A DNA stretch of 64,000 nt from Clostridia bacterium. Its GTDB lineage: Bacteria > Bacillota > Clostridia > Christensenellales > QALW01. The position numbers were made by a program, and so were the translations under genes. The notes beneath the pieces were generated by a model, which saw only the letters and a program-made list of their open reading frames with translations, was not told where the DNA came from and searched no databases. Shown here piece after piece: positions 37,337 to 45,114 of the stretch (the stretch's first letter is position 1; every line of letters begins with the position of its first letter). The DNA is taken from contig JAZRZN010000096.1 of assembly GCA_045601365.1 (NCBI GenBank), positions 9,809 through 73,808 of the forward strand, given 5' to 3'.

Positions 37337-39247
37337 TTATTTGTTTTTTGTAATCAACAGTACCCAATCGGCTTTATCGGGCTTCTGTTTTACATTATAA
37401 GAGTACTTGCCGTTCCCATCCTTTTGCGTGGGCTTGATCTCTTCCTTTTCGCCCGAAAACTTACCCGACCTCGGATCGAACCATTGCAATGTATATTCTG
37501 TCTTATCAAGTCCGCACACCGTACCGAATTTGGTATTTTCGTTATACGCATATACGATCATCACATCGTCAGCTATAGCCGCGCAAGAATACAGTGTGCC
37601 GCCGACCATCTTACCGAATCCGTTGTTTACGCCTTCATCACCGATAAAATGCTCTTTACTGTCGAAATCCGGCACGAGCCTCCACCAATCTAAGCCTTCA
37701 AGGAATTTTTTCATATACGCGCACTGGTAGCCGGATTCGAATTCTATCGCCTCCGACCATTTTTTCTGCTTATCCTTGACGGTTATGGTCGATCTGCCAT
37801 CCTGACGCACAGTGTCTTTCTCTGTATCGTAGGTCGAATTGTAATACCACAAATCTATACATCCATAGGCATAACCGGCGAAACCGTTGAGCATCGTTAC
37901 CCAACCGCGGACACGCGCACCGTAATCATCGGTCCAGAGGTTTACATACCTATCCTCATAATTCACGGCTACCTTGCCCGATTCCCAATAGTCTCTCGCG
38001 GAAACAAAGTTCGGCAAAATATCAACATTCTGCTTCCACTGTGCGCCAAACCAATCGTGTCCCGTGCGTGCCGTTACCTCATCTCCGAGGAAAACCGATA
38101 TGCCCTTGTTGCTCACCTTTGAGAAATCTTGACCCGCTACATTGTACCCTTCAAGCCCTTTTCCCGTAACAGTGGTATTGCTTGAACCTTCCTGATGCCC
38201 CGTAAGCGGATGCGCATACGCATCATACTTGTGGATATACGCGGCTACCTCTACCCACGGATTATTTGAATAATTCCACGATATAGTCGGATTGCTTTTA
38301 TTTTCGGCATAGAAATCGTTATCTATTTCCTGAGCAAGCGTCCACATTACGGGATATGCACCGAAGCGTGCCACCCAATAACGGGATATCGCCTCAAGAT
38401 AAGTAGTCTTTTTGACCATAAAGTCGTCAAGTGAAGAAGCAAAGAAGAACTCCGCATTTGCGTGAACCATACCTTTTTCGGCGATATACGCATAATACTT
38501 ATCAGCTTTCTTGAAGCCTTCCACCGTTCTCTCGCTGAATTTTCCTACTGAAAGATCGAACGGAGCCTGTATCGGTTCACTCTGATATACCGTATACCCC
38601 TGCTCTACGCGTTTGTCTACGATATATTTGAAATGGGATTCCGCACCGGTGTCTCCGGCAAATGCTCCGGGCGAATCAAATTCTTCGGCATACATCGTCC
38701 AATGTGTATCGCCGAGATAGAAGAACGGCGTGCCGTCGTCATACACAAAATACTTACTGCCGTTGGTTTTTACAAAGCCGTGTTTATAAAGTTCAAGTGT
38801 TCCTTTATATCCGTTTGCACCGACAGTGCCTTTTTTACCCGACAGCGAAGCATCCTTTTCGCACGATGTTTCATAATCCCATATTCCGTATTCCGTTGGA
38901 GCAAAACGCACCTTGAACGTATTATCTCCGTCATAAAATGCCGGAACGGTAAGCTTTGTTCCCGTCTCGCGGTTTGTAAATACGGCATCCATAACAAGAT
39001 ACAGTGCATCACTTGCTTCTATCGGGGTTTCACTCACAAAAGCAAGCTCACACATTTTCCACTGCTCTGTAAGAACATCGACCGTATCCGCAGGAATATC
39101 CTTGCCTACGGGTTTAACGGTATTACCTCCGCCGTCATCGCCGTTTATAGGAACTTCTTCAATAAAAAAGCTCATATCGCACGCCGAAAGCAAAAGTGTT
39201 AAAACAAGTAATACCGCGATACATGATTTTTTAATTATTCTTTTCAT
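37337..39247 (-). CDS. DUF5060 + DUF4038 (GH140-like) glycoside hydrolase family lipoprotein
   Basis: Start ATG 39247 lies 4 nt after the upstream stop. Lipobox LLLSAC. Blocks LTVPAFYDGDNTFKVRFAP, LELYKHGFV, DDGTPFFYLGDTHWT, SHFKYIVDKRVEQGYTVYQSEP, YPVMWTLAQEIDND and HPLTGH. The ORF-track start at 39367 would overlap the upstream gene. Confidence 0.8.
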   Translation of the reverse strand: MKRIIKKSCIAVLLVLTLLLSACDMSFFIEEVPINGDDGGGNTVKPVGKDIPADTVDVLTEQWKMCELAFVSETPIEASDALYLVMDAVFTNRETGTKLTVPAFYDGDNTFKVRFAPTEYGIWDYETSCEKDASLSGKKGTVGANGYKGTLELYKHGFVKTNGSKYFVYDDGTPFFYLGDTHWTMYAEEFDSPGAFAGDTGAESHFKYIVDKRVEQGYTVYQSEPIQAPFDLSVGKFSERTVEGFKKADKYYAYIAEKGMVHANAEFFFASSLDDFMVKKTTYLEAISRYWVARFGAYPVMWTLAQEIDNDFYAENKSNPTISWNYSNNPWVEVAAYIHKYDAYAHPLTGHQEGSSNTTVTGKGLEGYNVAGQDFSKVSNKGISVFLGDEVTARTGHDWFGAQWKQNVDILPNFVSARDYWESGKVAVNYEDRYVNLWTDDYGARVRGWVTMLNGFAGYAYGCIDLWYYNSTYDTEKDTVRQDGRSTITVKDKQKKWSEAIEFESGYQCAYMKKFLEGLDWWRLVPDFDSKEHFIGDEGVNNGFGKMVGGTLYSCAAIADDVMIVYAYNENTKFGTVCGLDKTEYTLQWFDPRSGKFSGEKEEIKPTQKDGNGKYSYNVKQKPDKADWVLLITKNK

Positions 39248-39251
39248 CGGA

Positions 39252-40208
39252 TCATTCCTTATTATTTTTCTCAAGCTGTGCAAAACGCTTTTTAACATAT
39301 ATGAAGCCGAACACTTCAGCCGCAATAAGCAGTACCACAAGCAATGCCATTCCGCAAAGTGCCACAACGCCCGCCGTGGTAAGCTTAAGCTTTACACTTC
39401 CCGTTGCACCCGGATCAGTGCCGTTCTTGTTGTCGGTATTATTCTTGCTTCCGCTATTTGCGGTCGCCGTAGGTGCATTACCCGAGGGAGCTTCGGTAGC
39501 CTGCGGTACAGCCGTAGCTTCCGGCGTCGGAGACGGTGTAGGTGTTACCGGCACGGGTGTCGCCTGCCCGTCATCATCTCCGGCATACACACCCGTGTTG
39601 CGGAACATCAGCTTTTCTATCGAGTCAAACCCCTTGCACGATGACAGACAGAAATTCCACTGATCGAATATCCCGTCGGAAAGGTCATCGGCAAACACAT
39701 CGAATGTAACCACGTAGTGTTCCCATGTCTCGTCAAGCTGGATCGGTGAAGCGAAGCCCGAACCGATTATATTTATCGCATCTATCTTTTTGAAAAGTGA
39801 ACCTTCGTAGAGATCGGCAAATGAAGTTGGATCCGAGGCATTGGCATCCGCGCTGATCTTTCCGGCACGCATTACCGGCGTTCCCATGAACGCTTTATCT
39901 TCATCGGATATCCCTGCCTTAAATTCAACGCGTGCATCGAACGAGATCGTTACGGTCGCATCATCCTGGTCGCCGATTACCTGTTTGATAGCTCCGTAAA
40001 CATCTATTTGAGGCGACATATATGCCGCATTCAATCCGCCGATGCTGTAAACGATCATACCGTCCGCATCCTTTGATTTATTGATATCGCCGTTTGCCGT
40101 CCCCTTTTTCCAATCGCCCGTAAGCAGATTTTCGACAGCAAATGTCTGCATACACAAAAGTGCAAATGCAATTACCAATACAGAAACAAGTGTTAACAGT
40201 TTTTTCAT
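39252..40208 (-). CDS. Secreted single-module protein with a Pro/Thr linker and a C-terminal membrane anchor
   Basis: 318 aa. Signal peptide, then one divergent copy of the module (ends WNFCLSSCKGFDSIEKLMF). Linker TPVPVTPTPSPTPEATAVPQATEAP. C-terminal hydrophobic helix plus KKRFAQLEK. GGAGGAA RBS. Confidence 0.8.
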   Translation of the reverse strand: MKKLLTLVSVLVIAFALLCMQTFAVENLLTGDWKKGTANGDINKSKDADGMIVYSIGGLNAAYMSPQIDVYGAIKQVIGDQDDATVTISFDARVEFKAGISDEDKAFMGTPVMRAGKISADANASDPTSFADLYEGSLFKKIDAINIIGSGFASPIQLDETWEHYVVTFDVFADDLSDGIFDQWNFCLSSCKGFDSIEKLMFRNTGVYAGDDDGQATPVPVTPTPSPTPEATAVPQATEAPSGNAPTATANSGSKNNTDNKNGTDPGATGSVKLKLTTAGVVALCGMALLVVLLIAAEVFGFIYVKKRFAQLEKNNKE

Positions 40209-40234
40209 AGAAATTCCTCCTTTTCTATACCAAT

Positions 40235-40263
40235 ATTATAAATCTTTGAAATTCTGACGTAAA
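40235..40263 (-). promoter_or_regulatory. Candidate promoter of the 40208-to-28659 gene string
   Basis: On the minus strand: TTTACG (40263-40258), 17-nt spacer, TATAAT (40240-40235). It lies about 27 nt upstream of ATG 40208. The -35 box is weak. Confidence 0.35.
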
Positions 40264-40342
40264 TAACACATTTCTACAACTAATAGAAAAAATGCACAAT
40301 ATCATTCAAACAGCTCATAATATATTTTTCAGCAAAAGGAAA

Positions 40343-40384
40343 CCTCCTTTTATTTGGTGATATTATTTACCAAATAAAAGGAGG
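40343..40384 (-). terminator. Perfect 16-bp hairpin between ppdK and the glycan locus
   Basis: CCTCCTTTTATTTGGT (40343-40358) pairs with ACCAAATAAAAGGAGG (40369-40384) over a 10-nt loop. On the minus strand it is followed by TTTCCTTTT. Confidence 0.6.
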
Positions 40385-40412
40385 TATAAAAATGTGCGAT
40401 TTTGCCGAAGAC

Positions 40413-40450
40413 GCAAAAATCCCCGTACCTCTTTCGGAAGTACGGGGATT
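40413..40450 (-). terminator. Rho-independent terminator of ppdK
   Basis: 11-bp stem AATCCCCGTAC (40418-40428) / GTACGGGGATT (40440-40450). On the minus strand it runs into TTTTTG. It lies about 130 nt past the ppdK stop. Confidence 0.7.
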
Positions 40451-40582
40451 CGTTTCAGATATACAGCGTTACCTTAATGTCCTTCCACCTATGCACACGG
40501 TGCTTCGTGGAATCGGCGTAAAGGTACTTCTGTGCATCGGCTTTGGTGAGCGTAAACTCAGCGAACCGATACGGTTTGGAAC

Positions 40583-43225
40583 TTAGTTCCTGCCTTCCTT
40601 GATCGCTGCCTGTGCTGCTGCAAGGCGGGCGATCGGAACGCGGAAGGGTGAGCAGGATACATAGTCGAGGCCGATCTTATGGCAGAACTCAACTGATGAG
40701 GGATCGCCGCCGTGTTCGCCGCAGATACCTACGTGAAGCGACTGACGTGCGCCCTTGCCGAGTGTGATAGCCATATCCATGAGCTTACCTACGCCGGTCT
40801 GGTCGAGCTTAGCGAAGGGATCGTTCTCGAATATCTTGGCATCGTAGTAAGCGCCGAGGAACTTGCCCGCATCGTCACGCGAGAAGCCATATGTCATCTG
40901 CGTAAGGTCGTTTGTACCGAAGCAGAAGAACTCAGCTTCCTTAGCGATATCGTCAGCGGTAAGAGCCGCGCGGGGGATCTCGATCATTGTACCTACTTCA
41001 TACTTAAGGTCGATGCCTGCGGCAGCGATCTCAGCATCGGCAGTAGCTACAACGCTGTTCTTAACGAACTTGAACTCCTTGACTTCGCCTACGAGCGGGA
41101 TCATGATCTCGGGAACTATCTTCCATTCCGGATGAGCCTTCTGCACGTTGATAGCCGCACGGATGACAGCCTTTGTCTGCATAACGGCGATTTCGGGATA
41201 GGTAACGGTAAGACGGCATCCACGATGACCCATCATGGGGTTGGACTCATGAAGAGCCGCAATGATAGCCTTGATGTCCTCTACGCTCTTGTTCTGAGCC
41301 TTGGCAAGAAGAGCGATCTCTTCCTCCTCGGTGGGAACGAACTCGTGCAGGGGCGGGTCAAGGAAACGGATGGTAACGGGTGTGCCTTCAAGAGCAACAT
41401 AAAGAGCCTCGAAGTCAGCCTGCTGCATGGGCATGATCTTAGCAAGAGCAGCCTCACGCTCTTCCTTTGTATCGGCGCAGATCATCTCACGGAATGCGGC
41501 GATACGCTCGGGATCGAAGAACATATGCTCTGTACGGCAAAGTCCGATACCTTCAGCGCCAAGCTCACGTGCTTTCTTTGCGTCACGGGGAGTATCGGCA
41601 TTGGTGCGAACCTTAAGTCTTCTGTACTTATCGGCCCATGCCATTATTCTGCCGAATTCACCGGCGATCTGAGCGTCAACTGTGGGGATGATGCCCTCAT
41701 AGATATTACCTGTTGAGCCGTCGATGGAAATGTAGTCGCCTTCCTTGAATGTCTTGCCGGCAAGCTCAAACTTCTTGTTTTCTTCGTCCATGTTGATGTC
41801 GCCGCAACCGGAAACACAGCATGTACCCATACCACGGGCAACAACGGCAGCGTGTGAAGTCATACCGCCGCGAACGGTCAAAATACCCTGAGCGGCCTTC
41901 ATGCCGGTGATATCTTCAGGCGATGTCTCAAGACGTACAAGAACTACCTTTTCGCCGCGAGCGTTCCACTCTTCGGCATCGTTGGCAGTGAAAACGATCT
42001 TACCGCAAGCAGCTCCGGGAGATGCGCCGAGACCCTTTCCGAGAGGTGTGGCGGCCTTAAGAGCCTTTGCGTCGAACTGCGGGTGAAGCAGTGTATCAAG
42101 GTTTCTGGGATCGATCATGGCAACAGCCTTCTTCTCGTCGATCATGCCCTCGTCAACAAGGTCACATGCGATCTTGAGAGCCGCCTGAGCGGTACGCTTG
42201 CCGTTGCGGCACTGAAGCATATAGAGCTTGCCGTTCTCAACGGTGAACTCCATATCCTGCATATCACGGTAATGAACCTCAAGGATATCGCAAACCTTTA
42301 CGAATTCGGCATAAGCCTCGGGGAACTTTTCAGCCATCTGAGAGATAGGCATGGGAGTACGAACACCTGCAACAACGTCTTCGCCCTGTGCATTTGTAAG
42401 GAATTCACCCATAAGCTTGTTTTCGCCTGTAGCGGGGTCACGGGTGAACGCAACGCCTGTACCTGAATTTTCGTTGAGGTTACCGAATACCATGGGCATT
42501 ACGTTGACCGCAGTACCCCATGAATACGGGATATCATTGTCACGGCGATATACGTTGGCACGGGGGTTGTCCCATGAACGGAATACCGCACGGATAGCTT
42601 CATAAAGCTGTACTTTCGGGTCTGACGGGAAGTCATTACCGATCTGTTTCTTGTACTCTGCCTTGAACTGCTCAGCAAGCTCTTTAAGGTCAGCGGCAGT
42701 AAGCTCAACGTCGAACTTAACGCCCTTCTTTTCTTTCATCTCGTCGATGAGCTGCTCGAAATACTTCTTACCTACTTCCATAACTACATCCGAGAACATC
42801 TGGATGAATCTGCGGTAAGAGTCGTATACGAAACGTTCAAATTTGGGATCGGGGTTGCCCTTTATCATAGCGGCAACTACCTCGTCGTTAAGACCGAGGT
42901 TAAGAATGGTATCCATCATGCCGGGCATTGATGCGCGGGCACCTGAACGTACCGAAACAAGAAGCGGATTTGTAAGATCGCCGAACTTTTTGCCGTTGAT
43001 CTTCTCCATTTCCTCAACATTTTTCATGATCTCGGCCATGATCTCATCATTGATCTGGCGACCGTCCTCATAATACTGTGTGCAAGCTTCAGTTGAAATA
43101 GTGAAGCCCTGAGGTACCGGAAGTCCGATACGGGTCATTTCGGCAAGGTTTGCGCCTTTGCCGCCGAGAAGCTCACGCATGTTTGCGTTGCCTTCGCTGA
43201 AAAGGTAAACATACTTTTTCGACAT
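40583..43225 (-). CDS. ppdK: Pyruvate, phosphate dikinase
   Basis: N-terminus MSKKYVYLFSEGNANMRELLGGKGANLAEM, phosphohistidine loop GGMTSHAAVVARGMG, and C-terminal PEP-utilising TIM-barrel motifs (CRTEHMF, SFGTNDLTQ-like FGTNDLTQM). Start ATG 43225 has an AGGAGGA RBS. The ORF-track ATG at 43333 falls inside the promoter. Confidence 0.95.
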   Translation of the reverse strand: MSKKYVYLFSEGNANMRELLGGKGANLAEMTRIGLPVPQGFTISTEACTQYYEDGRQINDEIMAEIMKNVEEMEKINGKKFGDLTNPLLVSVRSGARASMPGMMDTILNLGLNDEVVAAMIKGNPDPKFERFVYDSYRRFIQMFSDVVMEVGKKYFEQLIDEMKEKKGVKFDVELTAADLKELAEQFKAEYKKQIGNDFPSDPKVQLYEAIRAVFRSWDNPRANVYRRDNDIPYSWGTAVNVMPMVFGNLNENSGTGVAFTRDPATGENKLMGEFLTNAQGEDVVAGVRTPMPISQMAEKFPEAYAEFVKVCDILEVHYRDMQDMEFTVENGKLYMLQCRNGKRTAQAALKIACDLVDEGMIDEKKAVAMIDPRNLDTLLHPQFDAKALKAATPLGKGLGASPGAACGKIVFTANDAEEWNARGEKVVLVRLETSPEDITGMKAAQGILTVRGGMTSHAAVVARGMGTCCVSGCGDINMDEENKKFELAGKTFKEGDYISIDGSTGNIYEGIIPTVDAQIAGEFGRIMAWADKYRRLKVRTNADTPRDAKKARELGAEGIGLCRTEHMFFDPERIAAFREMICADTKEEREAALAKIMPMQQADFEALYVALEGTPVTIRFLDPPLHEFVPTEEEEIALLAKAQNKSVEDIKAIIAALHESNPMMGHRGCRLTVTYPEIAVMQTKAVIRAAINVQKAHPEWKIVPEIMIPLVGEVKEFKFVKNSVVATADAEIAAAGIDLKYEVGTMIEIPRAALTADDIAKEAEFFCFGTNDLTQMTYGFSRDDAGKFLGAYYDAKIFENDPFAKLDQTGVGKLMDMAITLGKGARQSLHVGICGEHGGDPSSVEFCHKIGLDYVSCSPFRVPIARLAAAQAAIKEGRN

Positions 43226-43304
43226 ACTTTTCCTCCTAAATTTACGAGCTTTCGCTCTTTTGTTCGCATTTTGCCAAGCAAGGCTTACAACCTCGCTCTG
43301 CACT

Positions 43305-43333
43305 ATTATAGCTGAAATCCAAATATATGGCAA
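43305..43333 (-). promoter_or_regulatory. Sigma-A-type promoter of ppdK
   Basis: On the minus strand: TTGCCA (43333-43328), 17-nt spacer, consensus TATAAT (43310-43305). About 80 nt upstream of the start codon. Confidence 0.6.
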
Positions 43334-43354
43334 CTGTTTTTTTGGATATTTGAG

Positions 43355-44092
43355 TCATACGAGATCATATTTCGAAATATAATCCATTATTTGTAGTCTT
43401 TCATCAAAAAAAAATGCGGTATATTCGCACGAAACGCGGTAAAGCTCTTTTAGCTGTTTTTCCGACGGTTTAAGCACAAATATGTTTTCGATATCGTCCG
43501 CAAGTATTTTGCGCATATAAAAAATGCATGCCCCCGAAACAGGCATATGCTCGCAATCTATGCAGTCCTTACACACCGCTCCGCCCCTTTCGGGCGAAAC
43601 CGCGATCAGCTCGTTTTTTCCGCACAGACATTTATCCAGCCGCGGTTCATAGCCCAACAGTCCGCACAGCCTGAGCATGAACACCGACACCGTAAGCCCT
43701 GCCGGGATATCATGCTCACGCAATTTATCAAGGCATCTCAAAAGCAATGTAAACAGAAACGGTTCTTCCGAGCCTTCCGTCGCGGCGGCATCGGAAACTT
43801 TTAACAGCAACGCGCCCGCGCTGAGCCGGTCAAAGTCATCACGCAATTCGTGGAACGGCTCTACGGAATCATACCCTGTAACGGTATATCGTCCGCGTGT
43901 TTCGGTCAATATGTAATTGCCGAAAGCAAACAGTTCACTTCCGGCACGCAGTTTTGAATTTTGCTTTTTGACTCCCTTTACCGATACCGTCAGCTTGCCT
44001 TTTTCGGGCGAAAGCAATGTAAGTATACGGTCATTGTCCCTGTAATCCGTCTTTTTCAGCACTACCGCCTGTATTTTCAGCGGTTCTCCCAT
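43355..44092 (-). CDS. recO: DNA repair protein RecO
   Basis: N-terminal OB-fold pattern (IQAVVLKKTDYRDNDRILTLL) and a C-x2-C...C-x2-C zinc motif (CLCGKN...CKDC). Start ATG 44092 has AAAGGAG 6 nt upstream. Confidence 0.88.
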   Translation of the reverse strand: MGEPLKIQAVVLKKTDYRDNDRILTLLSPEKGKLTVSVKGVKKQNSKLRAGSELFAFGNYILTETRGRYTVTGYDSVEPFHELRDDFDRLSAGALLLKVSDAAATEGSEEPFLFTLLLRCLDKLREHDIPAGLTVSVFMLRLCGLLGYEPRLDKCLCGKNELIAVSPERGGAVCKDCIDCEHMPVSGACIFYMRKILADDIENIFVLKPSEKQLKELYRVSCEYTAFFFDERLQIMDYISKYDLV

Positions 44093-44186
44093 TCTTGCTC
44101 CTTTCGATGCCGCGAGCCACATAGTATCGCGGGTCACCTGTCCTCATAAACATTTCCATGAATATTCTTTCGCGCGTATCGTCCAT
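44031..44186 (-). CDS. yqzL: YqzL-like small protein
   Basis: 51 aa starting at ATG 44186, with GGAGG 7 nt upstream. F..TG....YY pattern (MFMRTGDPRYYV). It holds the conserved position between era and recO. It overlaps the recO start by 62 nt. Confidence 0.55.
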   Translation of the reverse strand: MDDTRERIFMEMFMRTGDPRYYVARGIERSKNGRTAENTGGSAEKDGLQGQ

Positions 44187-44228
44187 TTTACCGCCTCCGA
44201 CAAATATTCTTTGCAAAAGCGCATAAAA

Positions 44229-45113
44229 CTATTCCGTATATCCGAGGTCTTTGAGCGCAGAAGCCGAATTTCGCCAATTATCGCGCACCTTTACAAAAAG
44301 CTCGATATACACCTTTGTTTCAAAAAGCGCCTCAAGCTCCTCGCGTGCCTGAGTGCCGATGAGCCTTATCATGCTTCCTTTTTTGCCTATTATTATGCCT
44401 TTGTGCGATTCGCGCTCGCATATTATATCAGCGCTTATTTTTATATTGCCGTTGTCCTGCTCCTGCATGGCTTCTATCGAAACGCCGATGCCGTGCGGCA
44501 CTTCGTCGCTGAGGTTCATAAGTGCCTTTTCTCTTATTATCTCCGATGCCAGAAAGCGTTCGGGAAAATCGCATACCATATCATCGGGGAAATACTGCGG
44601 GCCTTCATCAAGACTTTCGGTTATCATTTTGAGCAGCTCGTCACAGCCATCGCCGGTCACCGCCGATACGGGGACTATCGGGACATTGTATTCGCCAAGC
44701 CGCGCAAGCGTATCAAGTACGGTATTCTTATCCGCCATATCGATCTTATTAAGCACTATCGCGCATGGAGTACCCGATGAAGAATACTCCTTTATTATAT
44801 GCTCATCCGTCTTGCCTATCGGCTGTGTGATATCAAGCATGATACATGTAAAATCCGCGCCTATCGCCGCTTCACGCTGAGTTTTTACCATAAACTCATT
44901 CAGCTTGCTTTTCGGTTTGTGTATGCCGGGAGTATCAAGAAAAACTATCTGGAAATCTTTTTCCGTCAGTATTCCCCGTATGCAGTTGCGCGTCGTCTGC
45001 GCCTTTGGCGAAACTATTGCTATTTTCTGCCCGACAAAATGATTCATAAGTGTGGATTTTCCCACGTTCGGTCTACCGCACAGTACGCAGAAGCCGGATT
45101 TGAATTCTGACAT
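44229..45113 (-). CDS. era: GTPase Era
   Basis: G1 GRPNVGKST, G3 DTPG, G4 NKID, and a C-terminal KH domain (VRDNWR tail). Start ATG 45113 lies 1 nt after the GH28 stop. Confidence 0.95.
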   Translation of the reverse strand: MSEFKSGFCVLCGRPNVGKSTLMNHFVGQKIAIVSPKAQTTRNCIRGILTEKDFQIVFLDTPGIHKPKSKLNEFMVKTQREAAIGADFTCIMLDITQPIGKTDEHIIKEYSSSGTPCAIVLNKIDMADKNTVLDTLARLGEYNVPIVPVSAVTGDGCDELLKMITESLDEGPQYFPDDMVCDFPERFLASEIIREKALMNLSDEVPHGIGVSIEAMQEQDNGNIKISADIICERESHKGIIIGKKGSMIRLIGTQAREELEALFETKVYIELFVKVRDNWRNSASALKDLGYTE

Positions 45114-45114
45114 A

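Noticed and set aside
37250-37693. 147-aa plus-strand ORF spanning the junction of the 1769-aa and 37337..39247 genes
   Set aside because: It is antisense to two well-supported genes and crosses their 13-nt intergenic gap. It has no RBS and its sequence is low-information.
19151-40208. Cellulosome scaffoldin or cohesin genes accompanying the dockerins
   Set aside because: I could not recognise any cohesin-like module in the window. The repeated modules do not resemble cohesins by eye, so no scaffoldin is claimed.
40392-40586. 64-aa plus-strand ORF with a perfect AAAGGAGG-8 nt-ATG
   Set aside because: The RBS is one arm of a 16-bp hairpin. The ORF runs antisense through the ppdK terminator stem and overlaps the ppdK stop, and its product has no features. 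It is most likely incidental. I mention it under the hairpin finding only.
40712-41716. 334-aa plus-strand ORF, with several smaller ones, inside ppdK
   Set aside because: They are antisense shadow ORFs within a strongly supported, highly conserved gene. They have no RBS and no recognisable motif. The same reasoning applies to 20075..20893 (-), 28674..29327 (+), 26153..26758 (+), 44211..44780 (+), 45829..46359 (+), 10275..10745 (+) and similar entries.
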